A DNA stretch of 64,000 nt, taken from the NCBI GenBank assembly GCA_963759805.1, contig CAVXAT010000005.1, positions 32,001-96,000 on the forward strand, given 5' to 3'. Below the pieces are notes generated by a model that did no database searches, was not told the origin of the DNA, and was given only the letters and a program-made list of their open reading frames with translations. The DNA comes from an uncultured bacterium (GTDB lineage Bacteria; Babelota; Babeliae; Babelales; RVW-14). The position numbers and the translations under genes are program-made. Position 1 is the stretch's first letter. Every line of letters starts with the position of its first letter. Of this stretch, positions 1 to 9,565 are shown one piece after another.

Positions 1-5
1 ATAAT

Positions 6-2138
6 GTGTACAAATTTAACTCAGATAAATTTAAAGAATTTTTTAAAAATGCAATTCCAGTTGTTGTAGGATACCGAAGAGATAAGAATCAAGTAAATGT
101 ATATGAAAAGAATTTATCTTCAGATGAAATAAGTCATATAGTTTCAACTTATCAACCAGCAATATCCGACGTAAAAGATAAAATAGTACTCATAGAAACC
201 GATTATGATCCGAACATCGAATCCAAAAAGGACACTCTACAAAAAAAAATCAATGCTGTTATAAAGGATTCCTCTGGAAGTAAATTTGTCATTTTTATTT
301 GTGGTAACAATTTCCAAACAGGTGCACATTGGGTAGCAATTATCATTCGAAAAAATAGTAACAATAATGTAGAAATCTTATATTCTGATACAGCAAATTG
401 GAAGGTTGACCAGCTTAAGGAGCCTATTTTCCATGTTATTAGTTTAATAAAAAAATTACAAGGTAGCGAAACTTTTGAAGCTTGGATGGAAAAATTAAAG
501 CGTAATATTGATGCATACATATTTAATGAAGACAGTATGAAAGGCATAGATAAAATAAACAAACTTTATGAAGACTATAAACAAGGTAATGCTGCTGCTA
601 AAAGTTTAGAAGATTGGTTTAAAGAAAATCTTGAAAACTTAATATCAAACAACCAGCCTAGTAAAGATTTTAGAAACGCTTTGTATGAACATTTTTTAAA
701 ACCACGGTGCAAAAACTGTGGTAATGTAACTGCTAAACCTATTCCACTCCCTTGTGGAATGGTATTTGGTGAAGATCAAAGACTCACACGAAAAAAGAAT
801 TTCGATCATTACCTTGTTTGCCAAGATTGTCTAAATAATAAGTTGTTTGACGATAAGGGAAAGAGTGAAAGTACTATTTATTCATGGAAATGTCCTGAGT
901 GTGGCGGATACGTTACACATAAATTTAAAAGGCTAATTGAATCCGAGGGGTACAGTGGTAACGTAATATTAGCATGCGCAATGTATTATGGACAAGATGA
1001 TAAGGAACAATCACAATTTTCAGATACTTTTTTAGAAAAATTTATATCATCCGATGCCAGGAGTGGTATATCTGTTTATAGAGCCAAAACATATCTAGAA
1101 AGAATTAAACAGGCACAAAAGGATATCAGGCCTAAATTAGCACTCTGTAATTTGGAAGAGGTTCTAAAAAAGCCACTTCTTGGCCAACGGTTAGAAGAGC
1201 TACGAGGCTTGCTAGATTTGCCTGACCTGGGGGACAAGTGGTTTGCTCAACAATTATCAGATCTACTTTTGCAAGAAGAACCAAGCCAACTTGGAGGTAA
1301 AAATGCAGAAACATTAACTCTTAGGCTTCTAGAGCTAAACGCTGATCCAAACAAGATAATTGATAGATTATGTGATTTATCTGATAAAATTGCAAAATTT
1401 GAACTTTACGAATTCATTAAAAATAATCAAGCCAAACTCTTAAAAAATCGAACTTCAAAATTAGTAGAGGTTTTAGATGGGGAAAAAATTGAAACTCTTG
1501 CTAAAGTATCTGCATCCAATAAAAAAGAAAAAATCAGAGAACTAAACGAGCAAAAACAGTCATGGCTAAACGAATTAGCCAAGAATGATTCTGCTATTCA
1601 ATCAATCTTGGGACAGATACACAACAACCATAAATTAAGAGGCAAAGTAGAAGAGTTGGGAAAAATTCCAGCAGGACTGGATGAAGATGGGAAATACACA
1701 GAAAGTCAAATTACAGAAATTATAAAATGGTCAAACCAAAGATGGGAAAATGCAACTAAAGAGCAGCTTCGTAAAATATTGGTGGACGCAATTGAATTGT
1801 TCAGATTATCAAATAATGAGAATATACAAATAAGAAATTCATTAGATATATTAATAAAAAAATTTTGTGAGCATGATAAATCTAAAGAATATTCAGATGA
1901 AGATCTTGCAACCTTAAAAGACCTAAGCATAACTGGCGAGGATTTTGAGAGAAGTCTACCAATTGACATTCCTAGGGAGCGCCAAGAATTACTTAAAACA
2001 AAATTCGAAAACGCGCAACATGCGTCTCCACTTAAAAAAAATCTTCAATTATTAGCAACTCAATTGGAAACTTTAAAGGAAAAGCTTAAAAAATTACAAG
2101 CCAAGTTAGTTTTGTTAAATAACAAGTTACACCAATAG
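6..2138 (+). CDS. Effector-like protein, probably 5'-truncated by the window: cysteine-protease-like His/Asp segment, RING-like zinc finger, C-terminal five-heptad zipper
   Basis: GAHWVAIII...ILYSDT resembles the His/Asp strands of papain/ULP-type proteases. CKNC..C..H..CQDC..CPEC is a RING-like ligand pattern. Ends LKKNLQLLATQLETLKEKLKKLQAKLVLLNNKL. Frame is open to the window edge. Confidence 0.6.
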   Translation: MYKFNSDKFKEFFKNAIPVVVGYRRDKNQVNVYEKNLSSDEISHIVSTYQPAISDVKDKIVLIETDYDPNIESKKDTLQKKINAVIKDSSGSKFVIFICGNNFQTGAHWVAIIIRKNSNNNVEILYSDTANWKVDQLKEPIFHVISLIKKLQGSETFEAWMEKLKRNIDAYIFNEDSMKGIDKINKLYEDYKQGNAAAKSLEDWFKENLENLISNNQPSKDFRNALYEHFLKPRCKNCGNVTAKPIPLPCGMVFGEDQRLTRKKNFDHYLVCQDCLNNKLFDDKGKSESTIYSWKCPECGGYVTHKFKRLIESEGYSGNVILACAMYYGQDDKEQSQFSDTFLEKFISSDARSGISVYRAKTYLERIKQAQKDIRPKLALCNLEEVLKKPLLGQRLEELRGLLDLPDLGDKWFAQQLSDLLLQEEPSQLGGKNAETLTLRLLELNADPNKIIDRLCDLSDKIAKFELYEFIKNNQAKLLKNRTSKLVEVLDGEKIETLAKVSASNKKEKIRELNEQKQSWLNELAKNDSAIQSILGQIHNNHKLRGKVEELGKIPAGLDEDGKYTESQITEIIKWSNQRWENATKEQLRKILVDAIELFRLSNNENIQIRNSLDILIKKFCEHDKSKEYSDEDLATLKDLSITGEDFERSLPIDIPRERQELLKTKFENAQHASPLKKNLQLLATQLETLKEKLKKLQAKLVLLNNKLHQ

Positions 2139-2163
2139 ATCAAAAAGTAAAAACACAAGCAAT

Positions 2164-3385
2164 CTATATCCCCGGATCATTTGGTTGCAATGAATCCGTT
2201 AAATAATGGATGAATTCAGGTGGAAGATTTTTGCGAAGTTGTTCATCTGATACTTGAGAGGTAAACTCCTCAAATAATCCATAACTGTAGGTATTCCAAA
2301 AAAGAACCGTTTTATCCTTAAGTATGCCTTTATTTGCGTCATCAATTAATGCTGACAATGTTTTTCCAGTATAAGTTGACTCAAGTTTTTTGCCGGTTGC
2401 GCAATACAGTAATGAAATAGCATCAGCTGCCTTTGGCGTAACAGCCGCATACCCATCCCCAACGCAATCATGATTTATCTCTATATCAAGCCCGGGAATT
2501 GCTACCTGAGTTCCATTATTAAAAAGTTGCGCTGTTTCAAAATAAAAAGAGTCATCTACTTCTTTTAAATATTTACCGGTTTTATTCACAAGATCACAAA
2601 GAAACTTTGCTTTGTACTCTGGAGTAAAACTGATGCGAACCGGAATTATTTTACTTTTCAAACCCGCAGCATTTGCCCCGGCCAAAACTCCCGCAGCTGT
2701 TCCACAACTTCCAAGCGTTATATAAATAACATCAGGCTCTTTGATTCCCATCTCTTCTATTTGTTTTTTCAATTCAAAAACTGCATTAACATATCCAATT
2801 GACCCAAGTTCATTAGACCCTCCCATAGGAATAAAATAGTAACCATTTTTATCACAAATCTCCTGTGCATGTTGCTTCCATTTTTTCATTAGTATCAAAA
2901 CATGGGGGTGCATAAATAATTGCTGCACCAAAATATACCATAAGTTTAAGATTACGGATCACAACGCTTGTCTGACGTTGATCATCCAACACAAGAACGG
3001 CCTTCAAACCAACAGCTTTTGCACAAATTGCCGTTTCAAGGGCATGGTTTGATCCTGCACTACCAACAGTACACACTGTTTTATAGCCTTTTTTCAACGC
3101 ATCTGCTAAAAGAAATTCCAATTTTCTCATTTTGTTGCCGGTCAGAATTTTTGCATCACTGCTATATCCATCGTCCTTTATGTATAAGTCTTTTATTCCC
3201 AATTTTTTACTAAGCTCTTCTACCTTAACCAATGGGCTTGGATAGTTACCAAATTTAATATGAGGAATGCTTTTTGCCATTTTGGGATATTTATCAAAAA
3301 GGGGAACATTGGCATGTAGAATTGCATATGGAAACACAAAATTTGCAACAATTATAAAAGAAAAAAATCTTTTGGAAAAATTCAT
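2164..3385 (-). pseudogene. D-cysteine desulfhydrase/ACC deaminase family PLP enzyme, split by a +1 frameshift near 2866-2886 (pseudogene or sequencing error)
   Basis: N-part has LYIKDDG, GNKMRKLEFLLADA and GSNHA. C-part has FIPMGGSNELGSIGY, LGSCGTAAG and LESTYTGK. The two ORFs overlap in adjacent frames. Confidence 0.85.
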
Positions 3386-3513
3386 CGAACTTCCTTTCAA
3401 AAATACAAAACTAATGTCTGCGCCAGCAACATTTTGACTATAAATAATTTTTTATATATTATCTATCATCAGTTTAAACTGTTCGATAAGAAGCAATCAT
3501 CAAGGATACTTTT

Positions 3514-4413
3514 ATGGTTTCTGTTCTCAATATCAAAGAAAATGGAATTGTTGGTAAACTTTTTCTTCCAGATACATCTGAGCCCAGGCCCGCAATTATA
3601 GTATTAAGCGGATCATATGGGGGTTGCTACGAATATGCAGCAAGAGCATTTGCACTAGAGGGGTATGTTGCATTTGCCCTAGCATACTTTAATGCTGATG
3701 GGGTCCCCAAAAATCTAGAAAATATACCTCTAGAATATTTTTTAAATGGCATTACATGGCTTAAATTTCAGCCCCAGGTGAAATCAGGAGAAATACACCT
3801 GTATGGCGTATCAAGAGGCGGCGAGTTAGCCCTGCTTTTAGCAAGCACATTTCCAAATGAAATTTCTTCGGTCGTGGCAGCGGTTCCCAGTTGCGTAACA
3901 TATGGAGGAATTCCTAATGAGAAAAAGCCTTCTTGGACTTTGGGTGGAAAAGCACTTCCTATTGCACCTTCCCCAAATAAAGAGGATGAGTACAAGCAAT
4001 TAGAAACACAAAAGGCTGTTAATTTAACCAAGCTGTTTTTAGAGAAAATGCGTAACAACAAAGAAGCCTTCGACAAAGCTATGATAAAGGTAGAAAACAT
4101 TCGATGTCCCATCCTTATAATTTCCGGCAAGGATGACAAAATGTGGCCTTCATCTATTTATGGGGATTTGGTTATGCAGCGCTTAGATAAGTTTAAATCC
4201 CCAATTTTCAGAGAACACCTGTGTTATGATATGGCTGGGCACATGGTCCTGCATTCACTTGCACCCATTATGACAGAAGCCCAAAAGCATCCTGTTACAG
4301 GTTTATTTTATGAGGTTGGAGGAGATCCAGAGGCACAAGTTATAGCAAATAAAGACTCCTGGCATAAGATGCTGGATTTTCTTAAAAACCACCATCGTAA
4401 GGGAAACGCATAA
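3514..4413 (+). CDS. Acyl-CoA thioesterase/BAAT-family alpha/beta hydrolase
   Basis: GVSRGGELAL nucleophile elbow, GKDDKMWPS and AGH catalytic motifs. Confidence 0.85.
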   Translation: MVSVLNIKENGIVGKLFLPDTSEPRPAIIVLSGSYGGCYEYAARAFALEGYVAFALAYFNADGVPKNLENIPLEYFLNGITWLKFQPQVKSGEIHLYGVSRGGELALLLASTFPNEISSVVAAVPSCVTYGGIPNEKKPSWTLGGKALPIAPSPNKEDEYKQLETQKAVNLTKLFLEKMRNNKEAFDKAMIKVENIRCPILIISGKDDKMWPSSIYGDLVMQRLDKFKSPIFREHLCYDMAGHMVLHSLAPIMTEAQKHPVTGLFYEVGGDPEAQVIANKDSWHKMLDFLKNHHRKGNA

Positions 4414-4501
4414 ATATCTCGAAAGAAGTGCCTACCGCCGACACACAAAGCTATTAATGTAAAAATCAGAGCAAATCCCATCTTAATATATTTACATATT
4501 T

Positions 4502-4523
4502 ATATATTTGAATACAAATATAT
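4502..4523. promoter_or_regulatory. Inverted repeat upstream of the TA operon (possible operator)
   Basis: ATATATTTG-AATA-CAAATATAT about 60 bp before the antitoxin start; very AT-rich, so may be chance. Confidence 0.35.
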
Positions 4524-4582
4524 TTTCTGGTATAGTTAAACCCATTTGAATTGAGAAAAAACCCTATAAAAAGGAGCTCTTT

Positions 4583-4822
4583 ATGAAAGAAAGTAAAGTT
4601 AGATTGAGCTTTGATATTCCAGCTGAAGAACATATTGTATTAAAAAGCGAATGCGCACAATCAAGAATCGCTATGAAAGATTTTTTGCACGATTTAGTGT
4701 TAAAAGGAATACAGGAGTTAAGGGAAAAGCAACTACGGAAAAGACTAAAAAAGTCGATACAACAATCAAAAGAAGGCAAGGTTAAAAGCAGAGGTTCTTT
4801 TTCAAAGTACGTGGGACAATGA
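4583..4822 (+). CDS. Putative antitoxin (ribbon-helix-helix-like)
   Basis: 79 aa, RLSFDIPAEEH N-terminus, ATGA overlap with the downstream toxin-like gene. Confidence 0.65.
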   Translation: MKESKVRLSFDIPAEEHIVLKSECAQSRIAMKDFLHDLVLKGIQELREKQLRKRLKKSIQQSKEGKVKSRGSFSKYVGQ

Positions 4823-5115
4823 AATTTGAATTAGTTTTTACCGACCATGCTGATCAACAAATGGATGACATTGAAAAGAATAATAACAAAAGAGCAGCAT
4901 TAAAAGCTGTGCGTAAAATTTTGGGGTTTATGGAAAAAAACTTGCGGCATCCTTCATTGAATACTCACAAATATGATGTCTTAAATGGCCCAAATGATGA
5001 AGATGTTTTCGAATCCTATGCCCAGAATAAGACACCAGGAGCTTATCGCGTATTTTGGCATTATGGTCCGGGAAAAGGCAAGATCACCATTCTTGAAATT
5101 TGCCCCCATCCGTAA
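4819..5115 (+). CDS. RelE/ParE-superfamily toxin
   Basis: 98 aa, FELVFT start, RHPSLNTHK, AYRVFWHY, ITILEICPHP. Confidence 0.7.
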   Translation: MKFELVFTDHADQQMDDIEKNNNKRAALKAVRKILGFMEKNLRHPSLNTHKYDVLNGPNDEDVFESYAQNKTPGAYRVFWHYGPGKGKITILEICPHP

Positions 5116-5177
5116 CGTATCAGGAAATACAATGAGGCAAAATAGTTAATATGGAAAAACATTAAGAGGATTTTTAA

Positions 5178-5567
5178 ATGGCTATTAAACGAATTGGCTT
5201 GTCATGGATCGGAACAACTGACATAAAGAAATCCAAGAACTTTTTCACTAACATCTTGGGTTTAAATGTTTTTGAAGAGCAACCAGAATATGGTTGGCTT
5301 GAGGTACAGGGTTTACAGAAGGGACAAACTCTTGGAATTGGGCTTGCAAGTCCCGAAAGCGGAATGCCTGCCGGAGTTAATGCTGTTGTTACGTTCGTTG
5401 TTGATAATTACGACAATATGAAGCAAGATCTTATGGAAAAGGGCGTAACGTTTTTTGGTGAACTCGCCGGCATCCCAGCTGTTCCACGTATGATTTGTTT
5501 TAAAGATCCTGATGGAAATACATTTCAAATAGTTGAAGAAACCGTTGGGCATACGGATAAAATCTAA
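5178..5567 (+). CDS. VOC/glyoxalase family protein
   Basis: SKNFFTNILGL, VTFVVDN, FKDPDGNTFQIVE. Confidence 0.9.
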   Translation: MAIKRIGLSWIGTTDIKKSKNFFTNILGLNVFEEQPEYGWLEVQGLQKGQTLGIGLASPESGMPAGVNAVVTFVVDNYDNMKQDLMEKGVTFFGELAGIPAVPRMICFKDPDGNTFQIVEETVGHTDKI

Positions 5568-5574
5568 CAATACC

Positions 5575-6237
5575 TTAATGTTTCTTCTCCGGATTCCATT
5601 TACTTTTTGTTCCACATTTTGGACAAGTAACTTTATTGCAGCCTCCATCTTTAAATAAAGGTCTTTTACATTTTGGGCATGGTCTTGAATTTTCATCAAT
5701 CCAAGCTTTACTTAATTTTGAGGCTTCTTCGGATTTTTTTTCTTCCTCCATTTCTGCGCGTCTTTCTGCCTTTTTACAACTAATTTTAGGATCATGCAAT
5801 CTTAAACATTGGCAGCAATAAGTCTGATGACATTCTGGACATTCTATAATCCTAACTTCCACATCTTCATTTATGAATGCATACAGACAGTTATGGGTTG
5901 GGCAAAGTTTTGAGGCAGAATGCTTTACAAGTTCTAGATATTGAAGTTTTTTCATTATGCTACTATCACTGACTAGACGACCAAGCTCTTCTTGATTTAG
6001 ATATCGAGCACATTCGGGAAGTGGACATTTTGGACTTACACGATTTTCAATGCCAGCCGTAATTATTCCAGAAATGCATTCCAGGCAACATTCATGGCCG
6101 CAGGAGAGTTTGAAAAATGGAGAAGCCCCTTCTTCCTGATAACAAACCGGACACGTAGGACGCACAGCCATAGATGCTATGGATGGTGAACCGAGTGTCA
6201 AAAATATAAAGAACAACGTTTTGGCAAACTTGAACAT
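5575..6237 (-). CDS. Secreted RBR (RING-IBR-Rcat) E3 ubiquitin ligase-like protein
   Basis: Signal peptide; RING1 CPVC..CGHECCLEC..CPLPEC; IBR CPTHNC..CPECHQTYCCQC..H..C; Rcat CPKC..KDGGCNKVTCPKC. Confidence 0.85.
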   Translation of the reverse strand: MFKFAKTLFFIFLTLGSPSIASMAVRPTCPVCYQEEGASPFFKLSCGHECCLECISGIITAGIENRVSPKCPLPECARYLNQEELGRLVSDSSIMKKLQYLELVKHSASKLCPTHNCLYAFINEDVEVRIIECPECHQTYCCQCLRLHDPKISCKKAERRAEMEEEKKSEEASKLSKAWIDENSRPCPKCKRPLFKDGGCNKVTCPKCGTKSKWNPEKKH

Positions 6238-6360
6238 TATAACCTCCAGATATATTTATTTTACTATATTTTATACACGAAATGATGGATATAGCATGCC
6301 CGAAAGGATAAAAATTTGCAAAAAGCATTCAAAATCCAATGAATTTGCCACAAATTAACT

Positions 6361-6567
6361 CTATTTATCGCTAAATTCTAACAAATCCCCTGGCTGGCAA
6401 TCAAGAACTTTACACAACGCCTCGAGCGTGGAGAATCTTATGGCTTTTGCTTTTCCGTTTTTTAGAATAGAAAGATTGGCTTCGGTGATTCCAACCTTTT
6501 CCGCAAGTTCATTGAGGCGCATCTTACGACGCGCCATCATTTCATCGAGTTTAACAATTATTTTCAT
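6361..6567 (-). CDS. XRE/Cro HTH regulator (YozG-like)
   Basis: LAEKVGITEANLSILKNGKAKAIRFSTLEALCKVLDCQPGDLL. Confidence 0.92.
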   Translation of the reverse strand: MKIIVKLDEMMARRKMRLNELAEKVGITEANLSILKNGKAKAIRFSTLEALCKVLDCQPGDLLEFSDK

Positions 6568-6575
6568 GTTACCGC

Positions 6576-7130
6576 CTAAACAGTTAAATCTGATTCATTT
6601 TTTAAAGCATAAGCTTCTTGCATTAGCGAAGTAATTACAAGAAAAAATCCTACTACAAAAATATTTATGATATCATGCGAGGTAATCGAAACTTCAATTA
6701 CACGCTGTCCCACCGGATTAAAAAATGTGGTCACCAAGCTTAAAAGTGTGTGTTTAAGTGGAGCATACAAAGCCCATACCAAAGCTATGCGACTAACCTT
6801 TTGAAACAGTTGCAATAGATGAGACGAAAAGATTTCTCCTCTCTGATACAGCTTAAGAATTTTTATAAAATAAAAACATCCAACAAGAATCAACACACAA
6901 GAAATTCCATCAATCAGCAAATATAATATTTTTGATAATATTGGAAGATTCGCCAAGCTGGTAATGGCATCTGATGAATAATTAAACCCTACCCAAAATT
7001 CGTCGAGAGATTCACAATGTCCATTAATAAACCATCTATAAACAAATATGAAAATTATCAATGGCAAAATAATAAATTTAACAAAAAATTCCAGAAATTT
7101 TGCCCGACTTTTTAAATTTTTCATAAACAA
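6576..7130 (-). CDS. DUF2975-like membrane protein
   Basis: About four TM segments, C-terminal ALKNESDLTV, typical pairing with the downstream XRE gene. Confidence 0.8.
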   Translation of the reverse strand: MFMKNLKSRAKFLEFFVKFIILPLIIFIFVYRWFINGHCESLDEFWVGFNYSSDAITSLANLPILSKILYLLIDGISCVLILVGCFYFIKILKLYQRGEIFSSHLLQLFQKVSRIALVWALYAPLKHTLLSLVTTFFNPVGQRVIEVSITSHDIINIFVVGFFLVITSLMQEAYALKNESDLTV

Positions 7131-7173
7131 ACTCCTAGCTAAAGAACTTTATTTTACTCACAAACTTAACTAC

Positions 7174-7230
7174 ATTTTAAATATATATTATCGAATGTCA
7201 ATATAATTTTATCGATTATCGATAAAATTA
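7174..7230 (-). promoter_or_regulatory. Sigma70 promoter of the DUF2975-XRE operon overlapped by palindromic operators
   Basis: Minus-strand TTGACA (7196-7201), 16-bp spacer, TAAAAT (7174-7179). Palindrome TAATTTTATCGAT-T-ATCGATAAAATTA at 7204-7230 and a related TATCG-N5-CAATA site over the -35. Confidence 0.65.
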
Positions 7231-7980
7231 ATTTATCTAATATTATTTACAAACACACCCAAAATAATTTACGATTTTTCAGTTACCAATAAATCAAATT
7301 TTTTATAAAAGGAGAAATGTTATGCGTATAACACCCAGAAAAATTCTATTTATATTCGCCATCTTCGTATGTACTCAATTATGTTTGCAGACCCCAATTT
7401 CTGCAGCAACATTTACCGTGACAAAAACATCTGATACATATCCCATAGGACAGACAGGACAGTTACGCTGGGCAATTCAACGGGCTAATCAGACCGCCGG
7501 AACAAATCAAATTAATTTTAATATCCCAGGAACTGGCCCTTTTGTTATTCAGCCGGTCCATGATCTTGATGCTATCACTAATCCTGTAATCATTAATGGC
7601 TACAGTCAACCGGGCGCAACGGAAAATACGCTTGCCACCGGCAACAATGCACATTTACTCATTGCCATGTATGGAGCAAACTATGCCACAGGCAATGCAT
7701 ATCAAGGCTCAGGCAACGGCCTATTTTTTTATCAAGGGTCTGATGGTTCTGTTGTAAAGGGTTTAGTTATTAGTGCATGGATCAATAACGGCATTGTTGT
7801 ATACAATGCAAACAATATCAATATAGTTGGAAATTTTATTGGCACAAAGGCAACGGGAACTGCTCAATTAGCAAATCAAACAGGAATATTTATCGAGTCC
7901 GGAAATAATACAACCATTGGATCCTCTATAGTGACCCCCATTGTCAAGACAAATTTTTAACTTATATTTCAGAATTTTTA

Positions 7981-8901
7981 TCAGGCCATTTGTATCCCCA
8001 TTGATTTATTTTGTTGAACGATGATTTTGCTATTACATACAAAAGCCAATGATTCGAAAGTAAAATCAGATTGGTCTACTGCAATGATAGCTCCATAGTA
8101 AACTTCATCTGGTTTTTTATATTCGAGTGATTGGTGAAAGCGTTCTCTATTATAAAAGTTGATATAGTTTTTTATAATTAATCGCGTCTCAGCAATGTTT
8201 TCAAGAACATAAAAACACAGTGCTTCATATTTAATAGTTCGCCAGAATCGTTCAATAATGATGTTGTCTGCCCATCGACCTATTCCATCCATACTAATTT
8301 TGATACCTTCTTTTTCTAAACGAGCAACCCATCTTTCACTTGTAAACTGGCACCCTTGATCACTATTTAAAATCTCAGGCTTACCGAGTACGAGAGCCAT
8401 TTCCAATGCTTCAAGACAAACGTCTGTATCGAGATATGGTGACAATGCCCATCCCATAATCTTGCGACTAAAAACATCGATAAGACAAACCAAATAAACA
8501 AACCCACCTCTTATTTTTACGTATGTGATATCTGTTTTCCAGACTTGGTTTGGGCGGCAAACTCGTAATCCTCTTAAAAGATATTTGTACACCTTGTGTT
8601 CCTTGTTTGGAATGCTAGTTTTTTTATAAGGGGCAACTGCACAAAGACCTGTCAACGTCATTAGCCGCTGTGTTCTTTTAATGTTGTGGTTAAAGCTTTT
8701 TTCGATAAGAACTTCGTGTATTTTTCGATATCCATAAAATGGATGTCTCTCATATTCGTTGCGTATCTCATCCATAATCACCTCGTCTTGGTTGTTGGCC
8801 TTCTTTGGCTTGTAATAAAGGCTACTTCGATTTATACCGAGCAGATCGCATTTTCTGGACAAGTTCAATTTGTTGTTGTGCTCAATCCATTGCTTGCGCA
8901 C
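7981..8901 (-). CDS. IS3 transposase OrfB (DDE/rve)
   Basis: YGYRKI, PNQVWKTDITY, NSDQGCQF, DNIIIERFWRTIKYE, YNRERFHQSL. Confidence 0.95.
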   Translation of the reverse strand: MRKQWIEHNNKLNLSRKCDLLGINRSSLYYKPKKANNQDEVIMDEIRNEYERHPFYGYRKIHEVLIEKSFNHNIKRTQRLMTLTGLCAVAPYKKTSIPNKEHKVYKYLLRGLRVCRPNQVWKTDITYVKIRGGFVYLVCLIDVFSRKIMGWALSPYLDTDVCLEALEMALVLGKPEILNSDQGCQFTSERWVARLEKEGIKISMDGIGRWADNIIIERFWRTIKYEALCFYVLENIAETRLIIKNYINFYNRERFHQSLEYKKPDEVYYGAIIAVDQSDFTFESLAFVCNSKIIVQQNKSMGIQMA

Positions 8902-8909
8902 TTGGATAT

Positions 8910-9188
8910 CTAGCGACTGAGCACTTGTACTAAAAAATTGCGCTCTTCCTTTACTTGTTCAAGGTCTGCCAAAATCTTGTCATATGTTTCTTCTTTTTTA
9001 ACTTTTCTTTTGTCTGCAAAAAGTTCGTTGCCATGCTCTTCTAGGTGTTGCTTCCATGCATATGCTTGGCATGTTGAAATATTAAATTCTCTACAGATGG
9101 TATCAACTGATTTGTCGGCCTTTATCATAGCTAAAGCCACCTTAAGTTTAAGCTTGTCATCATGACTTTTTTTCGTGTCATCACTCAT
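8910..9188 (-). CDS. IS3 OrfA (HTH), proximal copy
   Basis: KLKVALAMIK..ICREFNISTCQAYAWKQ..ERNFL; T-TTT-TTA slippery heptamer at 8931-8937 with an open -1 frame into orfB. Confidence 0.85.
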   Translation of the reverse strand: MSDDTKKSHDDKLKLKVALAMIKADKSVDTICREFNISTCQAYAWKQHLEEHGNELFADKRKVKKEETYDKILADLEQVKEERNFLVQVLSR

Positions 9189-9289
9189 GAGAATGCCTTT
9201 CTTGTAAAGCAAATTTTTAGATTTAACATTCTCATGCTAATTCATTATTATTGTCGTTGTACACAGTTTATCCATTTGCGTTTATTGCA

Positions 9290-9565
9290 TTAAAGCGCCC
9301 GCAATAATGACTCACGTTCTACAATAAGCTTGCCTATAATCACATGAAACTTTTCAACATCTAAACTTTTTTTTGCAGCCATTTTTTCACTCGAAAAAAC
9401 TTCAATGCCTCGATCTTCAAGCCGTTTTTTCCATGCATAAATTTGACTTGTCGCTAATGCAAATTCTTGGCATAATTCAGCTATTGGCCTATCAGCCTTT
9501 ATAGCTGCCAATGCAACTTTTAGTTTAAATTTGTTGCTGTGGGTTCTGCTTACTTTGTTACTCAT
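9290..9565 (-). CDS. IS3 OrfA (HTH), second diverged copy
   Basis: HSNKFKLKVALAAIK..LCQEFALATSQIYAWKK..IGKLIVERE. Confidence 0.85.
   Translation of the reverse strand: MSNKVSRTHSNKFKLKVALAAIKADRPIAELCQEFALATSQIYAWKKRLEDRGIEVFSSEKMAAKKSLDVEKFHVIIGKLIVERESLLRAL

Noticed and set aside
2852..2931. Programmed frameshifting in the three split genes
   Set aside because: No shared slippery motif or stimulatory structure, and no precedent I know of in these families; error or recent mutation is simpler.
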